A stretch of 64,000 nucleotides of DNA. Origin: an uncultured delta proteobacterium. Its GTDB lineage: Bacteria > Desulfobacterota > Binatia > DP-6. The stretch covers positions 1,088,001-1,152,000 of the forward strand of contig CAWFFN010000009.1 of assembly GCA_963815115.1 (NCBI GenBank), given 5' to 3'. Each line of letters begins with the position of its first letter. Position 1 is the stretch's first letter. Shown here one piece after another: positions 31,473 to 40,818 of this stretch. Under the pieces are notes generated by a model that was not told the origin of the DNA, ran no database searches, and saw only the letters and a program-made list of their open reading frames with translations. Position numbers and translations under genes: made by a program.

Positions 31473-31534
31473 GATTGCCCCGGTCAAGTAGGTCAATTGT
31501 CGTAGATACTCACCATGAATTGGCCCTGGCAATC
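31473..31534. promoter_or_regulatory. Imperfect inverted repeat, candidate MocR/PdxR operator
   Basis: GATTGCCCCGGTCAA (31473-31487) and TTGGCCCTGGCAATC (31520-31534) match 12/15 as an inverted pair in an AT-richer intergenic stretch. Confidence 0.5.
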
Positions 31535-31648
31535 CATGACCGCCGGGGCAGACCGGTCCTCGTCCCCGATCGATCGACCCGCGACCCGTCCGCGCCTTGC
31601 ACTGCGACGGGGCCGCGTCGTAGCTTGCCCGCCCTTCGAGGAGGATCG

Positions 31649-33058
31649 ATGGTCGGGATCACCGCGTACGGGGCCTACGTCCCCATGCTCCGCCTGCCGC
31701 TGGCCGCGATCGGCGGCGGATCGCCCAAGCCGGGTGGTCCGGAGAAGGCGGTAGCCAACTGGGACGAGGACTCCGTCACGATGGGCGTGGCGGCGGCCAT
31801 CGACTGCCTGCGCGGCATCGATCGGTCGGGCGTCGACGCGGTCGTCTTCGCCTCCACGTCCCATCCCTTCAAGGAGAAGCAGGGAGCGGCCCTCATCGCG
31901 AAGGCGCTCGACCTGCGCCGCGACGTGCACACGGCCGACCTCGGCGACACCCTGCGCGGCGGGACCAGCGCGCTGCGCGCCGCCGTCGACGCCGTCAAGG
32001 CCGGCTCTGCCCGGCGTGCCCTGGTGGTCGCCAGCGACGCCCGCCTCGCCGCGCCACGCACCGGCCTCGAGGCAGCGCTCGGAGACGGGGCGGCTTCGTT
32101 CCTGGTGGGATCCGAGGACGTGGCCGTCGCGGTCGAGGCCACGCATGCAGTGGCCGACGAGCTCATCGACGTCTGGCGCGCGGAGGGCGACCCCTTCGTG
32201 CACTCCTGGGAGGACCGCTTCGTCGTCGACCACGGCTATCGCGCGAACGTGCGCGAGGCGGTGCGCGGGCTGCTCCAGAAGGCCGGCCTCGCGCCGAAGG
32301 ACTTCTCCACCCTGGTGCTCTACGGACCGGATGCCCGCGCCCACGGCACGGCCGTGCGCGACCTCGGGTTCGACGCCAAGGCGCAGGTGCAGGAGCCGCT
32401 CTTCGGGAAGCTGGGCAACGCCGGTGCCGCGCTGGCTCCCCTGCTCCTCGCGGCGGCGCTGGAGCGGGCGAAGGCGGGGCAACGCCTCCTGCTCGTGGGC
32501 TACGGCGACGGGGCCGACGCCATCGCGCTCTCCACCACGCCGCAGGTGGAGCGCCTGGAGGGACGTCGCGGCGTCTCCTGGCATCTCGCGCGCCGCGCCG
32601 AGCTGCGCAGCTACGACCTCTACCTGCGGTTCCGCCAGCTCCTGGCGACCGAGCACGATCGCCGGGCCGGCGCCGGGCTCTCCGCGACGAAGCACTTTCG
32701 CGACCGCGACGCGGACGTGAGCCTGATCGCGCAGCGCTGCCGTCGTTGCGGCCAGGCGCAGTTTCCCCACCAGCGCGTGTGCTTCACGTGCCACGCGAAG
32801 GACGAGTTCGATCCGCTCCGCCTCTCGGATCGCATCGGGACGGTCAAGTCGTTCACCTTCGACAACTTCGCCGGCAGCCCCAATCCGCCCCTGGTCGCCG
32901 GCATCATCGACGTCGACGGCGCGCGACTCTACCTGCAGATGACCGACGTCGACCCGAAGGAGGTGAAGCTCGGCATGCCGGTCGAGCTCACCTTCCGCAA
33001 GATTCACGAGGCTGGCGGCACGCCGAACTACTTCTGGAAGTCGACGCCGGTCCGGTAG
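31649..33058 (+). CDS. HMG-CoA-synthase-like fold fused to DUF35 (Zn-ribbon + OB-fold)
   Basis: GITAYGAYVP, DEDSVTMG, GDGAA, YGDGADA; CRRC...CFTC Zn ribbon; GMPVELTFRKI...NYFWK. Confidence 0.9.
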   Translation: MVGITAYGAYVPMLRLPLAAIGGGSPKPGGPEKAVANWDEDSVTMGVAAAIDCLRGIDRSGVDAVVFASTSHPFKEKQGAALIAKALDLRRDVHTADLGDTLRGGTSALRAAVDAVKAGSARRALVVASDARLAAPRTGLEAALGDGAASFLVGSEDVAVAVEATHAVADELIDVWRAEGDPFVHSWEDRFVVDHGYRANVREAVRGLLQKAGLAPKDFSTLVLYGPDARAHGTAVRDLGFDAKAQVQEPLFGKLGNAGAALAPLLLAAALERAKAGQRLLLVGYGDGADAIALSTTPQVERLEGRRGVSWHLARRAELRSYDLYLRFRQLLATEHDRRAGAGLSATKHFRDRDADVSLIAQRCRRCGQAQFPHQRVCFTCHAKDEFDPLRLSDRIGTVKSFTFDNFAGSPNPPLVAGIIDVDGARLYLQMTDVDPKEVKLGMPVELTFRKIHEAGGTPNYFWKSTPVR

Positions 33059-33123
33059 GGGCCGACGTGGGAGACGCGGTCGCCGTCGAAGGCGACCATG
33101 TACTCGTTCCAGCGATTGCGGGG

Positions 33124-33168
33124 CATAGGCGCCCCCTTTTCGCGAGAGGTGACGGAAAAGGACTTATC
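33124..33168. repeat. Copy 1 of a short dispersed direct repeat with internal hairpin
   Basis: 31 bp identical to 35516-35546 (CCCTTTTCGCGAGAGGTGACGGAAAAGGACT), preceded by CATAGGCGCC in both copies. Confidence 0.9.
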
Positions 33169-33316
33169 GGAAACGGAGCACCAGCCCGGGCGACACGCCG
33201 GCCGCCCTGGCGACGTCGCGAATCGACGTCGCCGCGACCCCGCGTTCCGCGAACCGCCGCAGCGCGGTCTCGCGGAGGCGGGCGGCGGCCGTGAGATCGG
33301 ACGACCCTCTTGCCAT
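33164..33316 (-). pseudogene. Truncated TetR-family regulator (HTH only)
   Basis: MARGSSDLTAAARLRETALRRFAERGVAATSIRDVARAAGVSPGLVL stops where HHF would be expected, at the repeat edge. Confidence 0.8.
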
Positions 33317-33346
33317 ACGATCGTATCGTTGACTATACGATCGTAT
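33315..33346. promoter_or_regulatory. Tandem TetR-type operators
   Basis: Two perfect palindromes ATACGATCGTAT at 33315-33326 and 33335-33346 flanking TTGACT, between divergent tetR and oxidoreductase genes. Confidence 0.8.
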
Positions 33347-33371
33347 CGTCAGCGGCACTGGAGGCGTCATC

Positions 33372-34373
33372 ATGCCCGATCCCACGCAGCGGAGCGTTCT
33401 GGTCATCGGCGCGCAGGGCTTCCTCGGCAGCTTCCTCGCCACGGCCTTTTCGCGCCACGGCTGGCGGGTCACGCGCGGCGGCCGACGCCCGGAGCCGGCC
33501 GGCGACTTCCGGCTCGTCGACCTCGATCGCCCCGACACGATTCGCAACGCCTGCACCGAGGTCGACCTCGTGCTGAGCACGGTGCGCCATCCCGGCCTCA
33601 CCGCGGAGCGCGCGGTCCTCGACGCCGGGCCGACGCTCTTGAACCTCGACGACCTGCCGGCGACGCCCCGCGCCCGCCTGAAGCACGACATATCGCAGCC
33701 GGCGGGCCTCGTCGTCGATCGCTCCGGCCTCTACGGCGTCGCGATGCTGGCGCTCAGCGAGCTGCTCGCGCAACATCCCGACGCGGACACCGTCGACTAC
33801 GGCTTCCTCGCCTCGATCGCCGAGGCCGCCGGGCCGAGCGGCCGGGCGATCGTGCATCGGCTGCTCGCCGGGTCGGGACGGCATCGCACCACCGCCGTCC
33901 GACTGCCGCCGCCCTTCGGCGCGTGCCGCGCGATCGTGGCGGGGCCCGACGGCGAGAGCCTCGCGCGCGACGTCGCCGGCGCACGCGCGGTGCGCGTGCT
34001 GGTGTCGTTCAGACCCGGCATCGTCAATCGCGTCATGCTGGGGCTGAACGCGATCGGCCTGGCATCCCGCCTGCCGCTCGGCGCGTTCACGTTCTCGCGG
34101 ACCGCACCACCGGCCGAGCCGAGCCGGCAGCCGACCTGTCACTGGGTGAGCGTCCGGCGCGGCGCGAAGGTCGTGGCGTCGCGTTGCCTGGTCGGGGCCG
34201 GCGACTACCGGAGCAGCGTCGCCACGACGCTCGCCTTCGCCGACGCACTGGTGGCCCGCCCGCACGCGGCGCCCGTGCGGCGCGGTGTGTTCGGCGTCGA
34301 CGAGCTGCTGTCGTTCGCGCAGATGGAGCCGGCGCTCCACGCGTCCGGCATCGAGACGGGAGCGCTCGGATGA
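33372..34373 (+). CDS. NAD(P)-dependent oxidoreductase (epimerase/saccharopine-dehydrogenase-like)
   Basis: VLVIGAQGFLG Rossmann motif; RBS GGAGG; C-terminal GVFGVDEL. Confidence 0.75.
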   Translation: MPDPTQRSVLVIGAQGFLGSFLATAFSRHGWRVTRGGRRPEPAGDFRLVDLDRPDTIRNACTEVDLVLSTVRHPGLTAERAVLDAGPTLLNLDDLPATPRARLKHDISQPAGLVVDRSGLYGVAMLALSELLAQHPDADTVDYGFLASIAEAAGPSGRAIVHRLLAGSGRHRTTAVRLPPPFGACRAIVAGPDGESLARDVAGARAVRVLVSFRPGIVNRVMLGLNAIGLASRLPLGAFTFSRTAPPAEPSRQPTCHWVSVRRGAKVVASRCLVGAGDYRSSVATTLAFADALVARPHAAPVRRGVFGVDELLSFAQMEPALHASGIETGALG

Positions 34374-34545
34374 TGACGACGGATCTCACCATGCTCGCGC
34401 CGCTACGGCGGTGCTCGCCGCCCTGCTGATCCTGCCCTACGGTCTCGTGATGTGGGCGACGTGGCCCCTGGGCGACATCCTCGGCAATCGAGCGGGCCGG
34501 CGGCCGGCCCTGCCGCCGTGGGCCGAGCGCGCCCGGCGCGTGCCG
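34370..34545 (+). pseudogene. MAPEG-family membrane protein remnant (frameshifted and truncated)
   Basis: MTTDLTMLA / ATAVLAALLILPY...GNR...LPPWAERARR; 2 extra nt near 34398; expected AHxN-xENL segment absent. Confidence 0.6.
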
Positions 34546-34627
34546 CGTGCCCACGTCCGGTCCGGAGTTCGGAAGGCCTCGTCGCTTCCCGCCGGGGGAC
34601 GCGGCGTGCTACACCCGCGCAGCCGTC

Positions 34628-35353
34628 ATGGGAGCGCCTGGCAGCGATCGCATCCATGTCCGCAACACGGAGCCGCGCGACTTCGTCCAGATCGGTGAAC
34701 TGTGCGCGTGCGTCTACCCGAACGAGAAACCCTGGATGCCCGAGCAGCTCGCGTCGCACCGGCGGAGGTTCCCGGAAGGACAGTTCGTCGCGCTCGACTG
34801 GGAGACGGACCGGGTGGTCGGCATGTCTGCCAGCCTCATCGTGCGCTGGGAGTGCTACGACGACTTCGACAACTGGGAGGACTTCACCGCCGACGGCATG
34901 TTCACCAACCACGACCCCGTCCACGGCCGCACGATGTACGGGGCGGAGGTGCTCGTCGATCCGACGCTCCAGGGCCACGGCATCGGCGGCAAGCTCTATG
35001 CCGCACGCCGCCTACTGATCGACCGGCTCGGTCTTCCGCGCATCCGCGGCGGAGCCCGCCTGCGGAGCTACCACCGCTATGCCCGCGGGCTGTCGGCGGC
35101 GGAATACGTCGTCAAGGTGGTCCACGGGGAGATCGACGACCAGACCCTCAGCTTCCAGCTCCACGAAGGCTTCCACGTGCTGGCGGTGGTGCCGCACTAC
35201 CTGAGCGAGGATCCCGAGACGCTCGGCTATGCCGCCCTCATCGAGTGGCTCAACCCGACGGTGGTCGAGCCGCACCACGTCGCGGGTCGGCCGACGCGGT
35301 TCTTGCACCAGGACGTCGCGGCGCAGCAGCTGCGGGGTGGATCGCCGAGATAG
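34628..35353 (+). CDS. GNAT acetyltransferase (YkwB-like)
   Basis: FPEGQFVA, HDPVHGRTMYGAEVLVDP, QGHGIGGKLY, DPETLGYAALIEWLNP. Confidence 0.85.
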   Translation: MGAPGSDRIHVRNTEPRDFVQIGELCACVYPNEKPWMPEQLASHRRRFPEGQFVALDWETDRVVGMSASLIVRWECYDDFDNWEDFTADGMFTNHDPVHGRTMYGAEVLVDPTLQGHGIGGKLYAARRLLIDRLGLPRIRGGARLRSYHRYARGLSAAEYVVKVVHGEIDDQTLSFQLHEGFHVLAVVPHYLSEDPETLGYAALIEWLNPTVVEPHHVAGRPTRFLHQDVAAQQLRGGSPR

Positions 35354-35487
35354 GCGCGCCGTGGCCGGCGTCGCCGCGTCCTGTCGGGAGCCGCTACGCC
35401 GGCTTCGTCGCCACGAGGATCGCCCGCCGCTCGCTGAACCACAGCTTCCGCCCGCCCCAGCCGTACTTGTGATCGATCGGTCGCGGA

Positions 35488-35550
35488 CATAGGCGCCATG
35501 AACGCACCATGAACGCCCTTTTCGCGAGAGGTGACGGAAAAGGACTCATC
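35488..35550. repeat. Copy 2 of the short direct repeat, with 18 extra bases forming tandem CCATGAACGC
   Basis: CATAGGCGCC-ATGAACGCACCATGAACG-CCCTTTTCGCGAGAGGTGACGGAAAAGGACT. Confidence 0.9.
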
Positions 35551-35629
35551 CGACGTATCCCCGCTCCGAAGGGACGGAACGCGCGGCAGCCGCGTTCTCG
35601 GGCCACGGTTCCCGAGGTCCCGCGCCCAC

Positions 35630-35666
35630 AAATGCGCGAGCGCGCGGGCCGAAGCCCACGCGCTCG
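35630..35666 (-). terminator. Hairpin terminator for the 35706-36386 gene
   Basis: Minus strand CGAGCGCGTGGGC-TTCG-GCCCGCGCGCTCG (cUUCGg tetraloop) followed by CGCATTT. Confidence 0.65.
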
Positions 35667-35705
35667 TCTGACGCCGCCGACCTGATTGCGGTCACGCCAG
35701 CATCG

Positions 35706-36386
35706 TCATGGATTGCAGTGGACCGGGTCGCTGGAGAAGTCGGGGTTGAAGCAGAGCGGGCCGAGCTTCGTCGACGACTCGGGGAGGCTGATCATGGCGA
35801 GGGGACCGGCGTGGTGCTCGCCGTTGAACGGAGTCACCGTGGGTGCCGTCGCGCCGGGCTCGCACCCGTTGTCGAAGGGAACCTGCGGGTCGTTGAACCA
35901 GAATCCGACGTGGAAGGTGTTGGTCGGATCGAGCCCGACGACGGGGTCGAAGCCGAAGATCTGATCGACGAGGACCGTCTGGATGGTGGTCACGTTGCGG
36001 CCGTTGTTTCTCACCTCGAGATCCGACTGGTACCAGGCCAGGCCGAAGCTCTTGTTGCGGGCGATGAACGCGGGATCGATGGTGCCGTCGGCGAGGAACT
36101 TGCTGTGCTCAACGGTGAACATGTCGAAGGCGAGGCCCTGCTTGACGTTGCGAAGCTGGATGTCGAGCCGGTCGTTCAGCTTACCGCGCTTGACGGTGAC
36201 GCTGGCCGACGGCGGACGGGACGGATCGTCGGGGAAGGCGGCCAGGCAGCGGACGACTGCCGGATCGGCGAACAGGTTGAACTGCTTCTGGTCGACCTCC
36301 TGGGCGCTGCCCACCCGGGCGACGGCGATCGCCGCAACCACCGCGGCGCGGGCAAGCCACAGGCACTTCTCTGATCGGATGGTCAT
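35706..36386 (-). CDS. Secreted hypothetical protein
   Basis: RBS GGAGGAG, signal peptide, typical codon usage, motif-rich body (FGLAWYQSD, HVGFWFNDP, PFNGEHHAG). Confidence 0.8.
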   Translation of the reverse strand: MTIRSEKCLWLARAAVVAAIAVARVGSAQEVDQKQFNLFADPAVVRCLAAFPDDPSRPPSASVTVKRGKLNDRLDIQLRNVKQGLAFDMFTVEHSKFLADGTIDPAFIARNKSFGLAWYQSDLEVRNNGRNVTTIQTVLVDQIFGFDPVVGLDPTNTFHVGFWFNDPQVPFDNGCEPGATAPTVTPFNGEHHAGPLAMISLPESSTKLGPLCFNPDFSSDPVHCNP

Positions 36387-36516
36387 CTGCATCTCCTCCA
36401 GATTGCCGGGGGGTTTTAGGTCGGGGTCCGACCGGGACGGCAACCGTGTCATCGACCCTACGCACTACTCCGAAGGATGGATGCAGACGTCCAACTTCGG
36501 AGTAGAAGCGGCGCCG

Positions 36517-36940
36517 TCAGCGGTTCGGGGACGCCGACCAACGCCGCGCCACCGTGAGCGTTTCCCGGTTTCGGGTGCTCGGGTCGACGACCGTTCGGAT
36601 CGCCTGGAACCCGGCCTTCTCGGACGCCCGGAGCGAGCGGCGATTCCTCTCGTCGGGTCCCGCGACGCAGATATCCACCGTGCCCGTAGCGAAGACGACG
36701 TCGCGGGCGAAAGCCGAGATCACGCGGGGACCGAGCCCCCGTCCCACGAGATCGGGATCGCCGATGAAGAGATCGATGCCGGCCCCGTCGTCGATGCCGA
36801 TGGTGGCGGCGTAGTCGGGCCAGTCGCGCAGCAGGTACGTCTGGATCAGCCCGATCGGCCGCCCGTCGAGCAGGACGACGTAGTTGTGGCTCTTCGAGGT
36901 CTCGGCAAGCAGTGGCCGGTACTTAGCCTCGACGACCGCC
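36517..36940 (-). pseudogene. 5'-truncated GNAT (AAC(6')/Acetyltransf_8-like)
   Basis: DGRPIGLIQTY, GIDLFIGDPDLVGRGLG, PDERNRRSLRASEKAGF; N-terminal W-xx-PHV-xWW segment missing. Confidence 0.65.
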
Positions 36941-37168
36941 AGCGTGGGTGCGGCATTGCCGACGCCCGCGATGCCGCCCGGGCAGCATGCCAAGATGAAG
37001 GTCGCGTGTGTGTGCCACGACCCCTTGGTGCCCGAGCAACCGGGCTTCGTCTTCACCGACGATGGGGGACTGGGACAGGTGCATTGCGGGGTCCCCCTCG
37101 GCTACGCAGACGACGGGACCATAACCGCAGTCGTCCTCTGCGACAACTTCGTGGCACTCGGACTCTGA
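36941..37168 (+). pseudogene. Probable 3' fragment of an unrelated Cys-containing protein
   Basis: ...AKMKVACVCHDPLVPEQPGFVFTDDGG...VLCDNFVALGL* looks coding but has no start; abuts the GNAT fragment. Confidence 0.4.
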
Positions 37169-37451
37169 CCCGCGCGTGCCTGTTTCTGCGTCGTCGTGAT
37201 CACGGGGTCGCCCGCGCCCGCACGGCCGCGGCGAGCGCGCCTGCATGATCCCGACCGCCGCGCACGCGCCACGCCCATGCCCGCGCACGCAGCCGGGCGC
37301 TGCGTGAACCGCGGTCCTCCAACACGTCCTTGTCCGCCGCCGGCATCCTGTGGGATAGGCGCTGGCGACGCCTCGGGTTCCGACCCGGACATCCACACGA
37401 GGAGGACGCGCGCGATGTCGAGGCACCAACTTACCGGACCAATCTCTGACC

Positions 37452-38156
37452 TCAGCCGGCCGGCGGGACGACGCGGCCACCACGGTGCTGGCGGTAGGTC
37501 TGGTCACGCCACTCGCGGAGCGGGGCCAGCGCCGGGTCGGCGCCGAAGGGGATGCCGAACATCCCGCGCATGCCCGCGTCGATCGAGAACAGCTCGTCGT
37601 CGGGGAGGCCGAGGATGGGGTTCAGCATCGCCGCCGTCGTGAGGTCGGCGCGCGTGAACTCGCCGCCGACGAGGTACGGCGCTTCGGCCACCGCCGCGGC
37701 CAGCTCCGGCAACACGGTGCGCAGCACGCGATCGGCGCGCGAGCCCTCGGCCTCGCTCCAGTGATACTTGGCGGCGAAGTGGTCGGCGAGCGGCTGGAGA
37801 TTCATCGCCTTGTAGCGGCCGATCATGACGAGGCGTCCGAGCGGCGCCAGCGTCTCGGTGGCGAGCAGCTCCCACGCTCGCACCTGTGCGCGCCGCCGCG
37901 CATCGCCGGGCACGAGACTGGGCGACGGATGTCGCGTCTCGAGCCAGTCCACCGCGGCGTCCGAATCGCCGATCACCTCGGCGTCGGCGATGAGGACCGG
38001 CGCCGTCGCCACGCCGGTCCGTCGCTTGTGATCCTCCTCGCCGGCGAGCGGGACGTACTGCGTGCGCCGGTAGGGCAGGCCCTTGAGCTCGAGGACCCAG
38101 CGCAGCCGCTCCGACCACGGCGAAGGGTAGAGCTCGATCAATTCGAGATCCGACAT
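37452..38156 (-). CDS. Glutathione S-transferase family protein
   Basis: SPWSERLRWVLELKGL, APVL...IGDSDA, YLVGGEFTRADL. Confidence 0.88.
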   Translation of the reverse strand: MSDLELIELYPSPWSERLRWVLELKGLPYRRTQYVPLAGEEDHKRRTGVATAPVLIADAEVIGDSDAAVDWLETRHPSPSLVPGDARRRAQVRAWELLATETLAPLGRLVMIGRYKAMNLQPLADHFAAKYHWSEAEGSRADRVLRTVLPELAAAVAEAPYLVGGEFTRADLTTAAMLNPILGLPDDELFSIDAGMRGMFGIPFGADPALAPLREWRDQTYRQHRGGRVVPPAG

Positions 38157-38304
38157 GGTGCCGAGAAGCTAGCGTCGCATCGCCGGGGCGGTCAATGGTC
38201 CGGCTACGAGGTCCTGGCGCTGTCGTGCGGCGGCGGCTCCAGCGCCGGCACCCCCCTTGTGTCTTGCATCGCGATAGTACCAACTACACTTGGGAGGAGC
38301 TCAC

Positions 38305-38655
38305 ATGCACCGACCGAAGGTATCGACCTTGGCTGCATTCATGCTCGCTTCAGGTGTGATGCTGGGAGCGTCGCGTGCCGATGCCGGCCCGCAACCGTAT
38401 GTCGGTGAGATCATGTTCGTCGGCTTCCAGTTCTGCCCGCAGGGATGGTTGCCGGCCGACGGCCGGGCCCTGAACATCTCTCAGAACGTTGCGCTCTTTT
38501 CACTGCTGGGGACGACGTACGGTGGCGACGGTATCACGACGTTCGAGCTGCCTGACCTGCGCGGACAGATCATGGATCCTGGAAAGGGGCCGGACCGCAA
38601 GCGCAAGATCACCGCCTGCATCGCCGTCGAGGGCATCTATCCTTCGAAGCCCTGA
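38305..38655 (+). CDS. Signal-peptide-bearing phage tail-collar domain protein (microcystin-dependent-protein-like)
   Basis: RBS GGAGG; PYVGEI...FCPQGWLPADG...ALFSLLGTTYGGDGITTFELPDLRG...CIAVEGIYPS. Confidence 0.88.
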   Translation: MHRPKVSTLAAFMLASGVMLGASRADAGPQPYVGEIMFVGFQFCPQGWLPADGRALNISQNVALFSLLGTTYGGDGITTFELPDLRGQIMDPGKGPDRKRKITACIAVEGIYPSKP

Positions 38656-38827
38656 ATAGTGGCTCACCTGCCGACGGCGGCGGGCGTAGCCGCTCGTTGG
38701 CACGCGGGAAGCGGCCCCCCGAGGACGTTCAGCGTCGCGGGATGGTTCCTCGCGAAGCAGTTCCCCTGACCTTGCCCCGGAAGATAGAAGACGTCGGCGG
38801 CGTTGCGACCGACAGGCCCACCACAGC

Positions 38828-39748
38828 GTGGCTTCCACACAAGACTATCCAAGTAGACCGGTTCGTCTGATCGAGCCCTTCGGGGCTGGCGGCGGACCTG
38901 ATCTGATAGCCCGCGCCCTCGCGCAAAAGCTCTCTGAGTTGTGGAGCCAAGCTGTGACGGTGGAAAACATCCCCGGTGCGGGAGCCACGGCGGGCCCTGC
39001 GCAGGTCGCGAAGTCGCTAGCCGACGGTTACACGTTGCTCGTGAGCACCAGCGCGCAGGCATACAGCGCGACCCTCTCGAAGAATCTCCCCTATGACCCG
39101 TTGAAGGATTTCATCCCGATCGGTTCGCTCACGAGCCAGCCCTACGTGCTCGTCGCAGGCAAGCCGGCTGGTGTCACCACCGTCGCCGAGCTCATCAAAG
39201 CGGCGAAGGCAAAGCCGGGTGAGCTCGAGTTTGGTTCCTCCGGTATCGGTACCGGTACGCATTTGGGGCTCGAGAAATTCAATCTCGCGGGGGGCATAAG
39301 GGCGGTCCACGTGCCGCCCCGACCGAGAGACGCGATCGCAGACATCATCGATGGTACGGTCACAGGCCGCACCGCTTACATGCTGGCACCCATCGCTCTT
39401 GCCCTGCCGCAAATCCACGACGGCAAACTCCTTGCGCTAGGTGTGAGCAGCGCGCGGCGCTCATCCTTGCTACCGGAGGTGCTTACGATCGAGGAGGCGG
39501 GCGTCGCCGGATTCGACTTCCCGATTTGGTATGGCGTATGGGCGACCGCGGGCACGCCGGCGCCGGTACTCGACAAGCTTTCGAAGGACATCCTGCGTGC
39601 GCTGGCGGTGCCGGAGCTGCGCGACTGGCTCGCGAAGCACGGAGGCGAGCCCATGAACATGACCCAGGTCGAGTTCGCGCGCTTCGTGCTGCGCGAGAGT
39701 GAAAGCGCGGCGCAGATCATCAGGGCCGCTGGGATCAAGGTCCAGTAG
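38828..39748 (+). CDS. Bug/TctC tripartite tricarboxylate transporter binding protein; no signal peptide visible (possibly 5'-truncated)
   Basis: YPSRPVRLIEPFGAGGGPD, ENIPGAG, DGYTLL, YDPLKDF, WYG...AGTP; less GC-biased codons. Confidence 0.85.
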   Translation: MASTQDYPSRPVRLIEPFGAGGGPDLIARALAQKLSELWSQAVTVENIPGAGATAGPAQVAKSLADGYTLLVSTSAQAYSATLSKNLPYDPLKDFIPIGSLTSQPYVLVAGKPAGVTTVAELIKAAKAKPGELEFGSSGIGTGTHLGLEKFNLAGGIRAVHVPPRPRDAIADIIDGTVTGRTAYMLAPIALALPQIHDGKLLALGVSSARRSSLLPEVLTIEEAGVAGFDFPIWYGVWATAGTPAPVLDKLSKDILRALAVPELRDWLAKHGGEPMNMTQVEFARFVLRESESAAQIIRAAGIKVQ

Positions 39749-40030
39749 CCGACGCGGGTTGGAGGGCACCGGCCGCTGAACCTGAACTGGGGTGTTACCC
39801 TGACGAGCGGCTTTCGCTCTCCTGCCGCCCGTGGCTACACGCATCAGGGAAACGGCCACACGGCGGATTCTCGCGCGACGACGCCCAGCCGCGACCTCCT
39901 GAATTGCTGAGCCGTAGAAAAGCTCCGGCCAACTTGGCTCGATCGCTGACGACATGGGACAGGGGTCGATGTCTATTGCCGGATGCGGACAGGGGTAGGA
40001 AGCGGGACGGCCAGTCGGGTGAGCCCTGGA

Positions 40031-40692
40031 TCACGCGGCTCTCGCCTTCATCTTGCTGGCTTTCCCCTCCGGCTGAACGCCGTCAACGAAGCCAATGTCG
40101 GCGCGGACGAGGGGCAGGAGGCGTGCGCCGTCGAGCCGCCGCCATCGCGCCTGCGCCATGTCGAGGAGCTTGTAAGCCATCAGGAGACCCTTCGTTCGCG
40201 AGCCCGCGCCCTTCGTCACGCGCTGGCGCAATCGGACCGTCGCGAAGGGCGACTCGATCACGTTCGACGTGCGGAGATGCTTCCAGTGCTCGGCGGGGAA
40301 GTCGAAGAACGTCAGCAGCACATCGGCGTCCTTCTCCAGGGTCTCGACGGCTTTCGGGTACTTCGGGCCGTACTCGGCAGCGAACCGCGTGATTGCCTCG
40401 CGCGCCTGCGCAGGGGTCTCGGCGTACATCACCTCACGGAGCGCGGCCTTCACGCGCGGCTGGAGCCGCTTCGGGAGCTTGTCGAGAATGTTGCCGAGCT
40501 TGTGGAACCAGTCGCGCTGCTCGCGGGTCTTCGGCCACACGTCGCGCACGGCGGCCCAGAAGCCGAGCGCCCCGTCGCCCACGGCGACGACGGGCGGGCG
40601 CATCCCCCGACGTTTCAGGTCGCGGAGCACGGTCTTCCAGCTCTCGGCGCTCTCGCGATAACCGTCCTCGACCGTGATCAGCTCTTTCGTTC
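40031..40692 (-). mobile_element. IS256-family transposase remnant (3' half)
   Basis: KELITVEDGYRESAESW, AVGDGALGFW, QRDWFHK, FFDFPAEHWKHLRTSNVIESPFATVR; N-terminal half and terminal repeats not seen. Confidence 0.9.
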
Positions 40693-40818
40693 CGAGCGCC
40701 GGTCGTCCGGAGTGGCGCTTCTCACGACTACCGGATCCATGTTGGCGCGCGACATTGTCAGCCTAACTGCGAGCAGCCCTGCGGTCGCGGGCGCCGGTCG
40801 GCTGCAGCCGAGATGTGG

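Noticed and set aside
33124-35550. Hairpin-containing 31-bp repeat as a CRISPR repeat
   Set aside because: Only two copies 2.4 kb apart, no spacers and no cas genes
38305-38655. Tail-collar gene as evidence of a prophage
   Set aside because: No capsid, terminase, integrase or other tail genes nearby
39749-39805. TGAACCTGAACTGG resembling the TPP riboswitch core, or the 3' half of an attC site
   Set aside because: No upstream GCTGAGA, no downstream thiamine gene, and no GTTRRRY/RYYYAAC pair
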